Part shown: in pieces, positions 1 to 13,429 of the stretch
Layout of the letters: every line of letters starts with the position of its first letter
Numbering within the stretch: position 1 is the first letter of the stretch
Origin: Octopus bimaculoides
Lineage: Eukaryota
Assembly (NCBI RefSeq): GCF_001194135.2
Contig: NC_069004.1
Location: forward strand, 18,697,699 to 18,761,583
DNA length: 63,885 bases
Direction: 5' to 3'
Made by a program: the position numbers and the translations under genes
Notes under the pieces: generated by a model
What the model was told of the DNA's origin: nothing
Database searches by the model: none
The model's input: the letters and a program-made list of their open reading frames with translations, nothing else

Positions 1-99
1 GTTATTTTAAAGGGCTTATAAACACCTTCCACATTGCAATTGTTTTCGTTCCAGCACACGATCTCAGATCAGGTCACTTGCTATGCAAGTGCATCTCCG

Positions 100-103
<4 letters not shown>
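1..103 (+). repeat. 3' end of an interspersed repeat that terminates in (TA)n; second copy at 35734-35822
   Basis: CTTATAAACA...GCAATTGTTTT...GATCTCAGATCA(G/A)GTCACTTGCTATGCAAGT(G/A)CATCTC(C/T)GTAAC occurs twice, and both copies run directly into (TA)n. Confidence 0.8.
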
Positions 104-138
<35 letters not shown>

Positions 139-489
139 CTGCCAAATGAAGTTCATTTGACGAGCCCAATCAAATGCCAGCATCTATACGCAAAACTGAA
201 ATACATATAAATACAACACATACACTCACATCAGTACACATACATACATTCAGAAATATGCATACTCACACATAGAGTCATCAAAAATGTTATTAAATAA
301 ATAATATAGATAATTCCTACAAAATGTGTTGAGTGCCTCTTTTCTAACATTTGTCCACTCATTCATATACATGTATACATACATAGACAAACAAACAGAC
401 AACCAGACAGACATGTGTGTGTGTATGTGTTTATGCAAATGTGAGTACATATTTATATACTACATACTGTAAACAACACAGAAGTCTTG

Positions 490-810
490 AAACAGACAGC
501 ATGGTGAGAGGATTCCCAAACAGCTGTTATATGATAAGTTGGCTCAGGGTAGCAAACTCAGAAGCTGACCAAAGCTGAGATCTAAGGACACATGTGAGAG
601 CAGGTTAACCAAATGCCAGAGAGAACAGCATGGAAAATCTCAGTGAACAAAGGAGTCAAACAGCTCAAACATGAAAACATGCCGGGCCTTGAAGCACCAC
701 AGCCCTGCAGCACCTTCCTTGCTTGCAGATTTTGCCACAGAACTTGCTCATCAAACATAGAAAGGGATCAGCATGAGAGAAGCTGCAGGACAAAAACTAT
801 GAGTACCTAA
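490..810 (+). mobile_element. RTE (BovB-like) LINE, degraded 3' end of the ORF
   Basis: Translates as RIPKQLLYDKLAQG..PKLRSKDTC then W..SVNKGVK...CRFCHRTCSSNIERDQHERSC, matching the RTE C-terminus RIPKQLLYGEL..G.R..GRPKLRFKD and its terminal CxxC-H-C knuckle. Confidence 0.75.
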
Positions 811-859
811 TTAAGACATTGTCTACTGCTTAGACTGCCTGTAAAGACATATACATATA

Positions 860-986
860 CAGGGTGTCCACAAAGTCTGGGTACATGAGGATTAACACAT
901 ATTTTAAGAAATTATTATTTCTTATATTTAATTGTTAATGTTATGATTTTATTTACTCCATGTACCCAGACCTTGTGGACACTCTG
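860..986. mobile_element. Tc1/mariner-type MITE, 127 bp
   Basis: 28-bp TIRs CAGGGTGTCCACAAAGTCTGGGTACATG / CATGTACCCAGACCTTGTGGACACTCTG (2 mismatches), flanked by TA at 858-859 and 987-988. Confidence 0.9.
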
Positions 987-1027
987 TAGATATATATATA
1001 TATACTTACATATAAGAGACCAAAGTG

Positions 1028-1071
<44 letters not shown>

Positions 1072-1627
1072 ACGTGTGTATGTGTGTGTGTGTGTAAGCG
1101 TGTTACAGTCCCCAGTCCCCTAGCCTTGACTTCATGTGATAGCTGTAAACGAGTGTCACTGTCATACAAGCAATGTCCGTCATTTCCAACCTTATGTGAA
1201 AACATATCTGGTCATGGGGGAATATTGCCTTATTTGGAAACAAGAGAGGGTGGGCAAGAGGTTCCCATCCGATCGATGTCAACATAGAAAAGTGGATGTT
1301 AAAACAATGATAATATTATGCACTAAGGGAAATAACTAACCTAATGATACAGATTCTTATACATCAAGTAGATGCTGATGGATTGAATGACACATGTGAA
1401 AATATATCCTATATTCAAGTGAAAAATTTGATATTTAATATCAGCCATGGTGACAGCTGTAGATATCTTTTAGTCTTATAAGGCATTGTCAATGAAGCCT
1501 AGTCACTCGAAACTAGTTGGGNNNNNNNNNNNNNNNNNNNNNNNNNNNNNNNNNNNNNNNNNNNNNNNNNNNNNNNNNNNNNNNNNNNNNNNNNNNNNNN
1601 NNNNNNNNNNNNNNNNNNNNNNNNNNN

Positions 1628-1694
<67 letters not shown>

Positions 1695-2470
1695 GTATGG
1701 GAGCCCACAGTAAGCAAAAATGAACATTCCTGGCTTTACATATATATGTATATATATGCCCACACACATACACACATCAAATAGCAATGACCTTAGATTG
1801 ATGTTTGGGTGTGAGTATATATACAAATCTGGGTGTCTATGCAGTGTGTGTATGTGTGTAGGTGGGTGTGTGTAAATATAGCAGCGAAAATAAGCAGCAG
1901 GTGCTATTTCTAATTGTACATATATATATGTATATATATATATATATCCCAGTGACCTTAGAACAACACAGCAGTGTGTATGTGTGCATGGGTGTATGCA
2001 TACTCACTCATTCATGGACATGGCAACGACCGTAGAAAAGCAGATTATGAGCACATACTCACTCACACACACACATAAAGATACATATATATTATAAGTA
2101 ATATACCTTAACAGCAGATTATCAACACACACACACATACACACAATGTGTACACCCTGTAGGATGTAAGAGGCATCTGAGGCAACTAAAAAGGTTGGCA
2201 CGAAGAAGGGCTTCTGTCTGTCAAGCACTATCTGCCATTCTATGTCAGCATAGTAAACGGACATAAGTTCCACCAAGATGAGACAACAATTGTGCACACA
2301 CACACACACACACACGATGGGTTACTTTTGATGGTGTTAAGCAAGGTATATAGCCATAGGAAGCATGTCAGAGCAGACACAGATATGATACAGTCCTCGG
2401 GCCCATTAGATCCTGTCAAAGCATCCACCCCATTCTAGCATGGAACATAATGATGATATGTATAGATATA

Positions 2471-2494
<24 letters not shown>

Positions 2495-2505
<11 letters not shown>

Positions 2506-2760
2506 CACATACCTTAGTGGTTAGGGTGTTGCATTCACAACTGTGAAACCGTGGGTTCAATTCCCAGACCAGGTGTTGCATTGTGTTCTTGAGCAAAGTA
2601 CTCTGTAACCATTTCATCATTTGACATGTGGCACATGATGCACCTGTACAGGTAATGTTGATTTGACGGAGGGAGTGAGCTTATGCGTATACAAACATTT
2701 GATCCCTATAAACAAATCATCTGTGTGGTTGTTCGGCAAGAAATTGCTGGACCCTCATAC
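2495..2760 (+). mobile_element. tRNA-headed SINE (family F variant)
   Basis: A box TAGTGGTTAGG, B box GGTTCAATTCC, followed by TGTGTTCTTGAGCAAAG. Confidence 0.65.
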
Positions 2761-2830
2761 ATCGTCTGATGACGGGAGAGTCCATGAAATATATATATAT
2801 ATATATATATATATACTCTNNNNNNNNNNT

Positions 2831-3215
2831 TACATGTTTCAGTCATTTGACTGTGGCCATGCTGGAGCACTGCCTTTACTGGAGCAAGTCGACCCCAGGA
2901 CTTTTTCTTTGTAAGCCTAGTACTTATTCTGTCGGTGTGTTTTGCCGAATTGCTAAGTTACGGGGACGTAAACACACCAGCATCGGTTGTCAAGCGATGT
3001 TGAGGGGACAAACACAGATACGCACACACATATATATCCATATACATATATACGATGGGCTTCTTTCAGCTTCCATCTACCAAATCCACTCACAAGGCTT
3101 TGGTCGGCCCGTGGCTATAGTAGAAGACACCTGCCCAAGGTGCCATGCAGTGAGACTGAACCCGGAACCATGTGGTCGGTAAGTAAGCTACTTACCACAC
3201 AGCCACTCCTGCACC
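2831..3215 (-). mobile_element. SINE family A (tRNA head, CORE-like GGCACCTTGGGCAAGTGTCTT, internal TA/CA microsatellite), near full length
   Basis: Matches copies at 28259-28650, 50431-50950, 58931-59232 and 59748-60159 along their shared length. Confidence 0.9.
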
Positions 3216-4052
3216 TATACCTACATACATACATACATACATACATACATACATANNNNNNNNNNNNNNNNNNNNNNNNNNNNNNNNNNNNNNNNNNNNN
3301 NNNNNNNNNNNNNNNNNNNNNNNNNNNNNNNNNNNNNNNNNNNNNNNNNNNNNNNNNNNNNNTATATATATATATATATATATCAATTATAATTTAGGGT
3401 ATCTAAGAGATACCACCATGCTTGAAATAGCAGCCAAAACTTTGACTCTAAAACCACATTAAATATTCATACAGCACCAAGAGAAAAGACAAAGAGATAA
3501 AATAAACTAGCAAAATATATATATATATATATGTATATGGACACACACACGTACATATACACACACACACAACGAGTTCAGGCCAGCATGGGAAGCAGAC
3601 ATAAAATGTTGATGATGATATATAAATAACATACATATAATAGAGAAATTCATTAAAGTTTTAAGTAGGCTTCATTGCATTAGAAAATTATGATTTAAAA
3701 ACAAGACAGCAAACAATATGCGGAGATAGTAAAGGCAATCGGTTGCAGTAAATTAAAATAGATCTTTAAAATATTAAAACATCTATTTATGGATTAATCA
3801 GATGAACTGATACAACAGACAACTGGTTTATCACACTGGCTTTTACTCCTCCTTCTACTCTCTCCCTCGCTCTCTCTCTCTCACTCTCACTCTTTTATTT
3901 TGTGCCCCCTCACTCCCCCCCTCTCTCTCTCTTTCTCTCTTTGTGTTCCCCCTATTTAGGAGTTATATTTACTCGCACAGGTTTTTCTAATATGTGTGTG
4001 TGTGTTTGCATATACATGTGTGTATATATGCATTTATGTGTATACATGTATA

Positions 4053-4108
<56 letters not shown>

Positions 4109-5578
4109 NNNNNNNNNNNNNNNNNNNNNNNNNNNNNNNNNNNNNNNNNNNNNNNNNNNNNNNNNNNNNNNNNNNNNNNNNNNNNNNNNNNNNNNNNNNN
4201 NNNNNNNNNNNNNNNNNNNNNNNNNNNNNNNNNNNNNNNNNNNNNNNNNNNNNNNNNNNNNNNNNNNNNNNNNNNNNNNNNNNNNNNNNNNNNNNNNNNN
4301 NNNNNNNNNNNNNNNNNNNNNNNNNNNNNNNNNNNNNNNNNNNNNNNNNNNNNNNNNNNNNNNNNNNNNNNNNNNNNNNNNNNNNNNNNNNNNNNNNNNN
4401 NNNNNNNNNNNNNNNNNNNNNNNNNNNNNNNNNNNNNNNNNNNNNNNNNNNNNNNNNNNNNNNNNNNNNNNNNNNNNNNNNNNNNNNNNNNNNNNNNNNN
4501 NNNNNNNNNNNNNNNNNNNNNNNNNNNNNNNNNNNNNNNNNNNNNNNNNNNNNNNNNNNNNNNNNNNNNNNNNNNNNNNNNNNNNNNNNNNNNNNNNNNN
4601 NNNNNNNNNNNNNNNNNNNNNNNNNNNNNNNNNNNNNNNNNNNNNNNNNNNNNNNNNNNNNNNNNNNNNNNNNNNNNNNNNNNNNNNNNNNNNNNNNNNN
4701 NNNNNNNNNNNNNNNNNNNNNNNNNNNNNNNNNNNNNNNNNNNNNNNNNNNNNNNNNNNNNNNNNNNNNNNNNNNNNNNNNNNNNNNNNNNNNNNNNNNN
4801 NNNNNNNNNNNNNNNNNNNNNNNNNNNNNNNNNNNNNNNNNNNNNNNNNNNNNNNNNNNNNNNNNNNNNNNTAAAACAAAAAAGAAGAAAGAAGGGAAAA
4901 ATCTTGTTCCAAGTCTTTATTCCGATATTTTTAACCAATTTATATTCATCGTAAGTCAGTTTGAAGATTCTATATGATATCGCAGACATGGCTGTTTTAT
5001 TCCCGCACTATTGTAATATATTCTCATGTGTTTAAAACTCTAAATATGCAAACAACCATGGAAGACACAAGGAACAATAATGACAAGAACAACTATAATG
5101 ATGAGGATGACATTGATGATGATGATGATGATGATGATGACAATAATAATAATAATAATAATAACAAAGGTGATGTTAATAATAATGGTGATGATGATAA
5201 TGAAGATGATGAGGATGATGATGTTTACAATAATAATCTTAGCCACTCATGTTGATTTTGACATATGAGTGTTTGAAGAAAAGCATTGAAGACAAAAAAA
5301 AAAAATTAAAAAAAGAAGTTGGATCTATTTGCAATGGGTGCGTGAATGTAGTTTGAGTCCAGGTATGGATTTTGCTATGAAGTCACAAAAGGTAACAATG
5401 AGGATTTTGATTTTGACTGGGATTGGACAAACGTAGTAAACAGTATATAATAATAATAATAATAATTATCAATTCAATAATACAGCCTAAACAAAAGAAT
5501 TCACTAACACAAGACATACTCTATACAGCAAATATCCAATGAAATAAACTACCACCAGCAGGCCGTAATAACCAACAC

Positions 5579-5617
<39 letters not shown>

Positions 5618-6320
5618 CACAAACACTAGTAAAACAAAAGACTGCACCAAACTGCATAATTAAAGAAGAAAAACAGGAAATTGAAGCAATATAGCACTGG
5701 GAAGAGTTTTCACACTCCCAACTACTGAAAAGAACACAGAATGCTACACACACCCCAGCAATATGGAGGTGTAACGGGTGATGAAGTAGAAATTTGCCTG
5801 AAACTACCAAATGTTGAACAATGATAATAAATAATAATAATAATAATAAACCTCTCTACTAAAGGCATAAGGGCTGAAATTTTGAAGGGAGGGGCTAGTC
5901 AAATATATCAACACCAATGTTCCACTGGTATTATTTCATTGATCCTAAATGGATGAAAGGCAAGGTTGACCATTGGTGAAATTTGAATTCAGAACAAGGC
6001 CAGCAATTTCTGGCAGTGTATGTGNNNNNNNNNNNNNNNNNNNNNNNNNNNNNNNNNNNNNNNNNNNNNNNNNNNNNNNNNNNNNNNNNNNNNNNNNNNN
6101 NNNNNNNNNNNNNNNNNNNNNNNNNNNNNNNNNNNNNNNNNNNNNNNNNNNNNNNNNNNNNNNNNNNNNNNNNNNNNNNNNNNNNNNNNNNNNNNNNNNN
6201 NNNNNNNNNNNNNNNNNNNNNNNNNNNNNNNNNNNNNNNNNNNNNNNNNNNNNNNNNNNNNNNNNNNNNNNNNNNNNNNNNNNNNNNNNNNNNNNNNNNN
6301 NNNNNNNNNNNNNNNNNNNN

Positions 6321-6321
6321 N

Positions 6322-6409
<88 letters not shown>
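6321..6409. repeat. (AAT)n microsatellite next to an assembly gap
   Basis: Pure AAT run directly after the Ns. Confidence 0.95.
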
Positions 6410-6411
<2 letters not shown>

Positions 6412-7000
6412 GGTGATGACGTTGAGAATGGCAATAATAACTGTTTCTAATTTTTAAACAATAATTATTTTTGATAAGGACAATTATGACAGAAAGAGAG
6501 CAAAAGAGTGGGAGGAGAGTGTGAGAGAGGAGAGAGAGAGAGATGGTGGTACACTCCTGGGATGAAATTCAACCCATGTGTAATCACATTCCCCTCCATA
6601 CGCAAAAATAAGGGAATTAGTAGTTTAAAATATATGAATGACATTAATAAAAAATAAGTAAATTTTTAAAAAATAAACTTCTTACATAGGCACAATGTGT
6701 GTGTGTGTGTGTGTGTTTGAGTGTCTGTACACGTACACATATGCACACAGTTAAAGTGGAAGAATGTAAAACAGAGGAAAAGAAATAGGTAAAGATAGGG
6801 GAGAAGGGAAGAGGGAGAGAAAGAAGAGGAGGTAGAGGAGGAGGAGGAAGTGGAAGGGGAGGAGAGAAGTAAAAAGACTGAAAAACACAAGAAATTTTTA
6901 AAAGCTGTAGAAGCTTGAACCGAAGATAAAAAAACAAAGAGAGTAGTGAGTGGCAGTAACAGAAATATATAGAAAAGGGTATGTACATGTGTGTGTGTAC

Positions 7001-7018
7001 ATAGATAGATAGATAGAC

Positions 7019-7105
<87 letters not shown>
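7001..7105. repeat. (GATA)n microsatellite
   Basis: Direct read. Confidence 0.95.
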
Positions 7106-7128
7106 CAGTCAAATANNNNNNNNNNNNN

Positions 7129-7189
<61 letters not shown>

Positions 7190-7483
7190 TGAAGATGAAA
7201 AGAATTCCTGAAGCTATTTATTTCTTTTATTTTAAAGAAGTATAATAATAATTTAAAAAATGGAGAAAAGGAGAGGAGGGGGAAAAGAAAAACAAAGACA
7301 TCAAATAGATAGAGCTATAAAAAAAATTATCAACAACAACAGCAGTAGCAGCAGCAGCAGCATAAAGTTACTGTTTCTTTGAACAAAACATGGTTTATAT
7401 TCAACTTTTGGAATAAGTTTCCTATGAGTATTTATTTATATGTATGTATTTAAATGTATGCATATACATTTAAATATATATAT

Positions 7484-7571
<88 letters not shown>

Positions 7572-7681
7572 ACACACGCTCATAAATACAAACATACATA
7601 TAAATCTGTATACACATATAGCTATATATATATTTATACCCACACGCACACACATATAAATACATACATATGTAGAAGATG

Positions 7682-7719
<38 letters not shown>

Positions 7720-8383
7720 TGCATGTACGTACGCATGTTCATATATATAAATACATTTATAAACACACACAGATATATATTCCCACACATGCAAAGTTAT
7801 GTGTATGTGTATTTATATACACACACACACACACACACATGTTTAGTTATAAAAATACATGCATATAAACTAGCTTTTATATATTTTTATCCTCTATTCA
7901 TATTTCCTACTCCAATTCATTTAATTTTTGAAGTTACAATATTACAACCATATATTTGATTCTCTTGTCTTTCATTCTCTCGTTGTATATCTTTCCATCA
8001 AACTTTTTAGCCATTAATCTACATAAGAAGATATTTTATTCTATTTCATCTGCTCAGATTTATTCAAACTTTTCCAGTCTTCTTCCTTCTCTTCTCTTTC
8101 TTCTTTACAATTCCTAACACACTGGATGGATTCCTTGCAAATGCATGGCCTTTTCTGCTCTCCTTGATGTTGTAAACACCAAAGAGCTCGCAGCAAGGTG
8201 GCTGCAGTTTTCAGTCAGTTTTGTATGTGATAGAACCAAATGAAAAAAAAAATTGTAATAATAATAATAATAATAATAATAATACAAGTGTTGAAGAAAA
8301 GGAAGGATGTTTGTGCGTGTGTATGTAGGTATACATGTATACAGACTGACTATATAAATTGTATGTATGTATATGCATGCATG

Positions 8384-8467
<84 letters not shown>

Positions 8468-8666
8468 TTCATACAGCCAGACATTAAAGATAAAACAATT
8501 GAAATATAGAAATATAAAATTAAATAGAAGAAGAAGAAGAAGAAGAAGAAGAAGAAGAAGAAGAAGGGAGGGGGAGAATATGATATCTTTTTTTAAAATT
8601 GTTTGAAACATCTTTTTAAACAAAACCTACATTAATAGTAGTTAATGATGGTGATACTACTACTGC

Positions 8667-8712
<46 letters not shown>

Positions 8713-8714
<2 letters not shown>

Positions 8715-8899
8715 CAGAGCTGGGACCTATACACGACAGAGCTGGGACCTATACACGACAGAGCTGGGACCTATAAAGGAATATATTCACAGACACGACA
8801 GAGCTGGGACCTATAAAGGAATATATTCACAGACACGACAGAGCTGGGACCTATAAAGGAATATATTCACAGACACGACAGAGCTGGGACCTATAAAGG
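8713..8899. repeat. Minisatellite: 2 x 22-bp unit, then 40-bp units running into a gap
   Basis: GACAGAGCTGGGACCTATACAC x2, then GACAGAGCTGGGACCTATAAAGGAATATATTCACAGACAC x3 plus a partial unit. Confidence 0.95.
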
Positions 8900-9524
8900 N
8901 NNNNNNNNNNNNNNNNNNNNNNNNNNNNNNNNNNNNNNNNNNNNNNNNNNNNNNNNNNNNNNNNNNNNNNNNNNNNNNNNNNNNNNNNNNNNNNNNNNNN
9001 NNNNNNNNNNNNNNNNNNNNNNNNNNNNNNNNNNNNNNNNNNNNNNNNNNNNNNNNNNNNNNNNNNNNNNNNNNNNNNNNNNNNNNNNNNNNNNNNNNNN
9101 NNNNNNNNNNNNNNNNNNNNNNNNNNNNNNNNNNNNNNNNNNNNNNNNNNNNNNNNNNNNNNNNNNNNNNNNNNNNNNNNNNNNNNNNNNNNNNNNNNNN
9201 NNNNNNNNNNNNNNNNNNNNNNNNNNNNNNNNNNNNNNNNNNNNNNNNNNNNNNNNNNNNNNNNNNNNNNNNNNNNNNNNNNNNNNNNNNNNNNNNNNNN
9301 NNNNNNNNNNNNNNNNNNNNNNNNNNNNNNNNNNNNNNNNNNNNNNNNNNNNNNNNNNNNNNNNNNNNNNNNNNNNNNNNNNNNNNNNNNNNNNNNNNNN
9401 NNNNNNNNNNNNNNNNNNNNNNNNNNNNNNNNNNNNNNNNNNNNNNNNNNNNNNNNNNNNNNNNNNNNNNNNNNNNNNNNNNNNNNNNNNNNNNNNNNNN
9501 NNNNNNNNNNNNNNNNNNNNNNNN

Positions 9525-9576
<52 letters not shown>

Positions 9577-9859
9577 ACACACACATACATAGAGAGAGGG
9601 AAATACATGCAAGCACACATATACATACATGTTTGTATGTATGTGTATATACACATATAGATACAAACACACATATACGTACACATATTCTCGTCTCCTA
9701 GCATGAAGCCAGCTCCCTTTCAATTGTAGCCCCACCCAGTTGAAAGGGATCATCGTCTTGTGAGGTTCGTAGCAACCTCACTAGTGCCGGTACCATGAAA
9801 AAGAGCACTCAGTACCCTTTGTAAAGTGGTTGGCATTAGAAAGGTCATAATGGAGTGTT

Positions 9860-10601
9860 TCTTGAGGAGTTCATTCCCTTACCAGCAGGATGTTTTTCGT
9901 TTCATTTTTGAGCACTTGTTTGATGTATTTAATTTGACTAGTATCATTTACCAGGTGCACTCCAAATGATATCATATAGTACTCAAAGGTGTTTTGCACT
10001 GATTTAAAAACCTCTTCCTCACACTTTTCTTTTGAGACAAGACCTGCCAATATCCCTGCTTCGATAAAAGTTTAACCCTTTAGCATTTGAACTGGCCATA
10101 TCCAACCCAAACATTCCACATGCTGGTCAGGTCTGGCCTCTAACACCTATCCTACAAAGTCTATCTAAAAGCAAACACTCAGATCATTGAAATTCCAAGG
10201 CTACAAGATAATGCATGATTAATTCAAAATGTGAATAAACAAACATAACATTTGGCAGAGTAATCTGAAAGTTAAAGGTTAATGTTGATAGCAGGACCTT
10301 GTGGGCTTAACTATCTATGAGTTAAACCAGTCAAGTATCCCAAATGCTGGTAGCAGCTTGGAAACTTCAAATGGGATATTGTCTTGTTGCAAGAGGAAAG
10401 CTCTGCTCATAATATCTTTTCAAGCCCAGTATAATATTGTTTGGCTACTCTATCACATTTCACAGTACCTTTATATGATATATTTTCCTCAATACTTAGG
10501 TATTTGTAGAACTCGTTTTGTGGCACAGAGACAGTATTGATGCTAAGATTTTGGGGTTTGGTGATCAGTTTTTCCATATTCAATAATGCTACATGTATCA
10601 C
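9860..10601 (-). mobile_element. R4/Dong-like non-LTR retrotransposon fossil (RT C-terminal region), split by a MITE
   Basis: Frameshifted translation FYKYLSIEEN..K.YYTGLEKIL*AELSSCNK..FGILDW..NFYRSRDIGR..KRKV*GRGF..SVQNTFEYY, resembling the R4/Dong pattern YKYLGI..EY..R..KIL.SEL...NK..FG...W..RLY..R..GGRGL. Confidence 0.7.
10072..10282. mobile_element. piggyBac-type (TTAA) MITE
   Basis: TTAACCCTTTAGCATT ... GTTAAAGGTTAA with TTAA at both ends; related copies at ~20468-20658, 21232-21458, 42301-42525, 55228-55448, 61721-61925 and 62562-62732. Confidence 0.85.
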
Positions 10602-10689
10602 AAACTGATGACCAAGTTATGAGAGCAAAGAGATAAAGCCATAGCAGAGCTCATCAAGAAGACAATTAATTAGCATCAGAGTAAGACTC

Positions 10690-11320
10690 GCTCACCAGAA
10701 TTTGTTGATCTGGAGAAGGCTTTTGACAAGAGTACCACAATCCATGAATATTGGTCACTAAGAAACCTAGGAGTTGATAAAATGGCCAGTGATAGTTCTA
10801 CAAGTTACAAGCAAAAGTGTAGACAGTAAAGTAATAATCACTGATGATTTAATGCATGAAAGAAGAGGTCCACCAAGGTTCAGTATTCAGCCCCCACCAA
10901 CTTCATTATAATCCTACAGATCACAAAGGGATTTGAAACTACCTATCCATGAGGAGCACCATACGTTGAAGATAAAGCTTGTATAGCTGAATCTAATAAT
11001 AGAATTAAAGAAGAAATTCTCAACGTGGAAATATAACTGAGGATCGTGGTACCACCAGGGAAATGGTATCATTTGATATGCAGCAAAGGAGGAGGTAGGA
11101 ACTCTATATGTTACACCTAATGTAAGCTATGGAAGCAGAAGAGATGTAGTGGAATTACAAGCAGGCTGACAGAGGAAGCAGAAACGGAGGAAGCAGGCTT
11201 TGTATGTGCCAGACGCATTGGAGCAATAAGCACTAAGAGCAGGTCAAAAATAGATTCTCTTAAATGTCCAGCTGGCTCATGAGAAGTGGTTGATAGCTTC
11301 CGTTACCTTGACGACATAAT
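10690..11320 (+). mobile_element. RTE-clade LINE reverse-transcriptase fossil
   Basis: FVDLEKAFD, G(V)HQGSV.SP, ITKGFET..P*..(YADD-equivalent)..IAES, GRNSI...CKLW.QKRCSGI, EVVDSFRYL, with stops and frameshifts. Confidence 0.85.
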
Positions 11321-11567
11321 TATTTATATGCATGTACACATGTGCATATAAATGTGTATTATGTACTTTTAAAATTCTTAATACATCCTTCCATATATTA
11401 TATAACATTTCTCACTCCTGACATATTTATAAGCATGGCTTTCACACTTCAAGTCATCTTTTATTTCTTTATAACTCCTCATGAAAGTTTTGTATTTCTT
11501 TATATCTCACTGAGCCCCTAAGGTTAATAAAGAAAAGGCCACCGTCATCATTGTTGTCATCATTATT

Positions 11568-12470
11568 AAGGCGGTGAGCGGGTAGAATCATTATCCCAGG
11601 CAATAAGCTAAGTGACATTTTTCATTTCTTCTGGCATTATGTTCTGAGTTCAAATTCCACCAAGGTCAACTTTGCCTTTCATTTTTATCAGGGCTGGTAA
11701 AATAAGTATCAGTTGAGCTCTGGAATCAATGTAATCAACTAACCCCCTCCCCACAAAATTTCAGCATTATGATGATGATGATGATGATAATAATAGTCGT
11801 CGTCATCGTCATCATCATCATCATCATCATCATTATTATCATTATTATTATTATTACTCATATACACTCAACAGATTAGACTGTTGGAAAAGGAAAAAAA
11901 ATCCTAACATTGGGCTAATACAAGATGCCTCAGATGCCAAGAACCCTTCCTAAGTAGCCTAGCTGTCCCTAATAAATAATAATTATTATTATTGTTATTA
12001 TTATTACTAAGGCAGCACAAGGCAGCGAGCTGGCAGAATCGTTGGCACACTGAGCAAAATGCTTAGCGGCATTTTGTCCATTTTTACATTCTGAGTTCAA
12101 ATTCCGCTGAGGTTGACTTTACCTTTCATCCTTTCGGGGTCGATAAATTAAGTACCAGTTGCATACTGGTGTCAATCTAATCGACTGCCCTCCCCCTCTC
12201 CTTCAAATTTCAGTCCTTGGGCCTAGAGTAGAAAGGATTATTAAGGGACAGCAAGCTGACAGAATCATAAATAAGCATGCCAGACAGAATACTTGGTGGC
12301 ATTTCATCGGTCTTTATGTTCCGAGTTCCAATTCCACCAAGGTTGACTATCTCTTTCAACCTTTTGGGGGCAATAAAATAGGAACGAGATGAGCACTGGG
12401 GTTGATGTAATCAACTTATCCTCTCCCCCGAAATTGTTGGTCTTGTGCCAAAATTTAAAACCTTGCACCT
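11568..12470 (+). mobile_element. Cluster of three SINE family B copies (head AAGGCGGYGAGCTGGCAGAA, B box GAGTTCAAATTCC)
   Basis: Repeated GAGTTC(A/C)AATTCC...GGT(C/T)GACT...CCTTTC...AATAAGTAC...CTGGGGT(C/T)GATGTAATC modules. Confidence 0.85.
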
Positions 12471-13050
12471 TCAGTAGAAAGGATTATTATTATTATTATT
12501 ATTATAAGCACTGGACAAAATACCTTGAGAAAACATAGTTACAAATTCTACAAGTTCAAATTTTACCAAGGTAACTACTACCTGTCACTCTTTCTGGAAG
12601 TCAATTTAATATTCCTATAAAGCATCCAAGACACTAACACCGCACTACAACATTACTGTAGTACACCACCAAACACCATCATGACCATAGCACCACCACC
12701 ACCACAACTCCTATCACATATACAACACATCAACAGCCACCATGTCATTAACTGACCAGCTCTCTAACAAGCTGAAGTGGCTAGCGAAATGATGAAGTGG
12801 TCAGACAATTTGCTCTTGGTCACTATAAGGACAGAGGTCAGTTGTTCAATAATATGATTGGCTGCCAACTTCCTGGTCACAGGTTCATCCCTCTAGCACC
12901 TCCTAGTTGTCTTAATTAAACGTTGGCTATTGTGGGTTAAGTGTGATGCAGAGCGCTGTTGTGTGGTGCCAAGTTGGTTGAGTGTTTCATTATGTGGAGT
13001 AGCATGGTGCTCCACTGATACATACATAAATATGTTTATGTATGTGTCCA

Positions 13051-13081
<31 letters not shown>

Positions 13082-13429
13082 ATGTGTGTGTTTGTGTGTG
13101 TAGGCGCCTGTGTATTTGTTTGGCAGTCTGTTTGTCTTTACATGTTTACTACAATCTACATCTCTAGCATTTATGAATACATCTTCTGTGAATTCCTATC
13201 CATACATCAATCTGCATATATATATATATATCTCCCCACCCCCACTCACTCAGCATTTGTGGGTGCGTGGGGTGTATACATATACCCATATGTATTTAAC
13301 AGGGTGATAATTTCGACAGAACTTACGCCCGGCCACTTAGAATAAAGTACACGAAGATAAATCTGAGAGTGAATAAAATATTTAATCCACAACGTTTTTG
13401 TTGAACTAAAGATTATGGATTAATTATGT

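Noticed and set aside
2766-2789. CTGATGA...GAAA hammerhead-like string
   Set aside because: Stem II closing pair is C/U, there is no stem I, and it lies at a SINE end abutting (TA)n
5378-5392. GTCACAAAAG similar to miR-153
   Set aside because: The seed region does not match and there is no hairpin
8713-8899. CRISPR-like appearance
   Set aside because: Intervening sequences are identical rather than unique spacers; eukaryotic context and no cas genes
9879-10070. Exon-like open frame FIEAGILAGLVSKEKC...KNILL with a GTAAGG donor
   Set aside because: Adjacent frames give R4/Dong-like RT motifs, so it is better explained as a retroelement fossil
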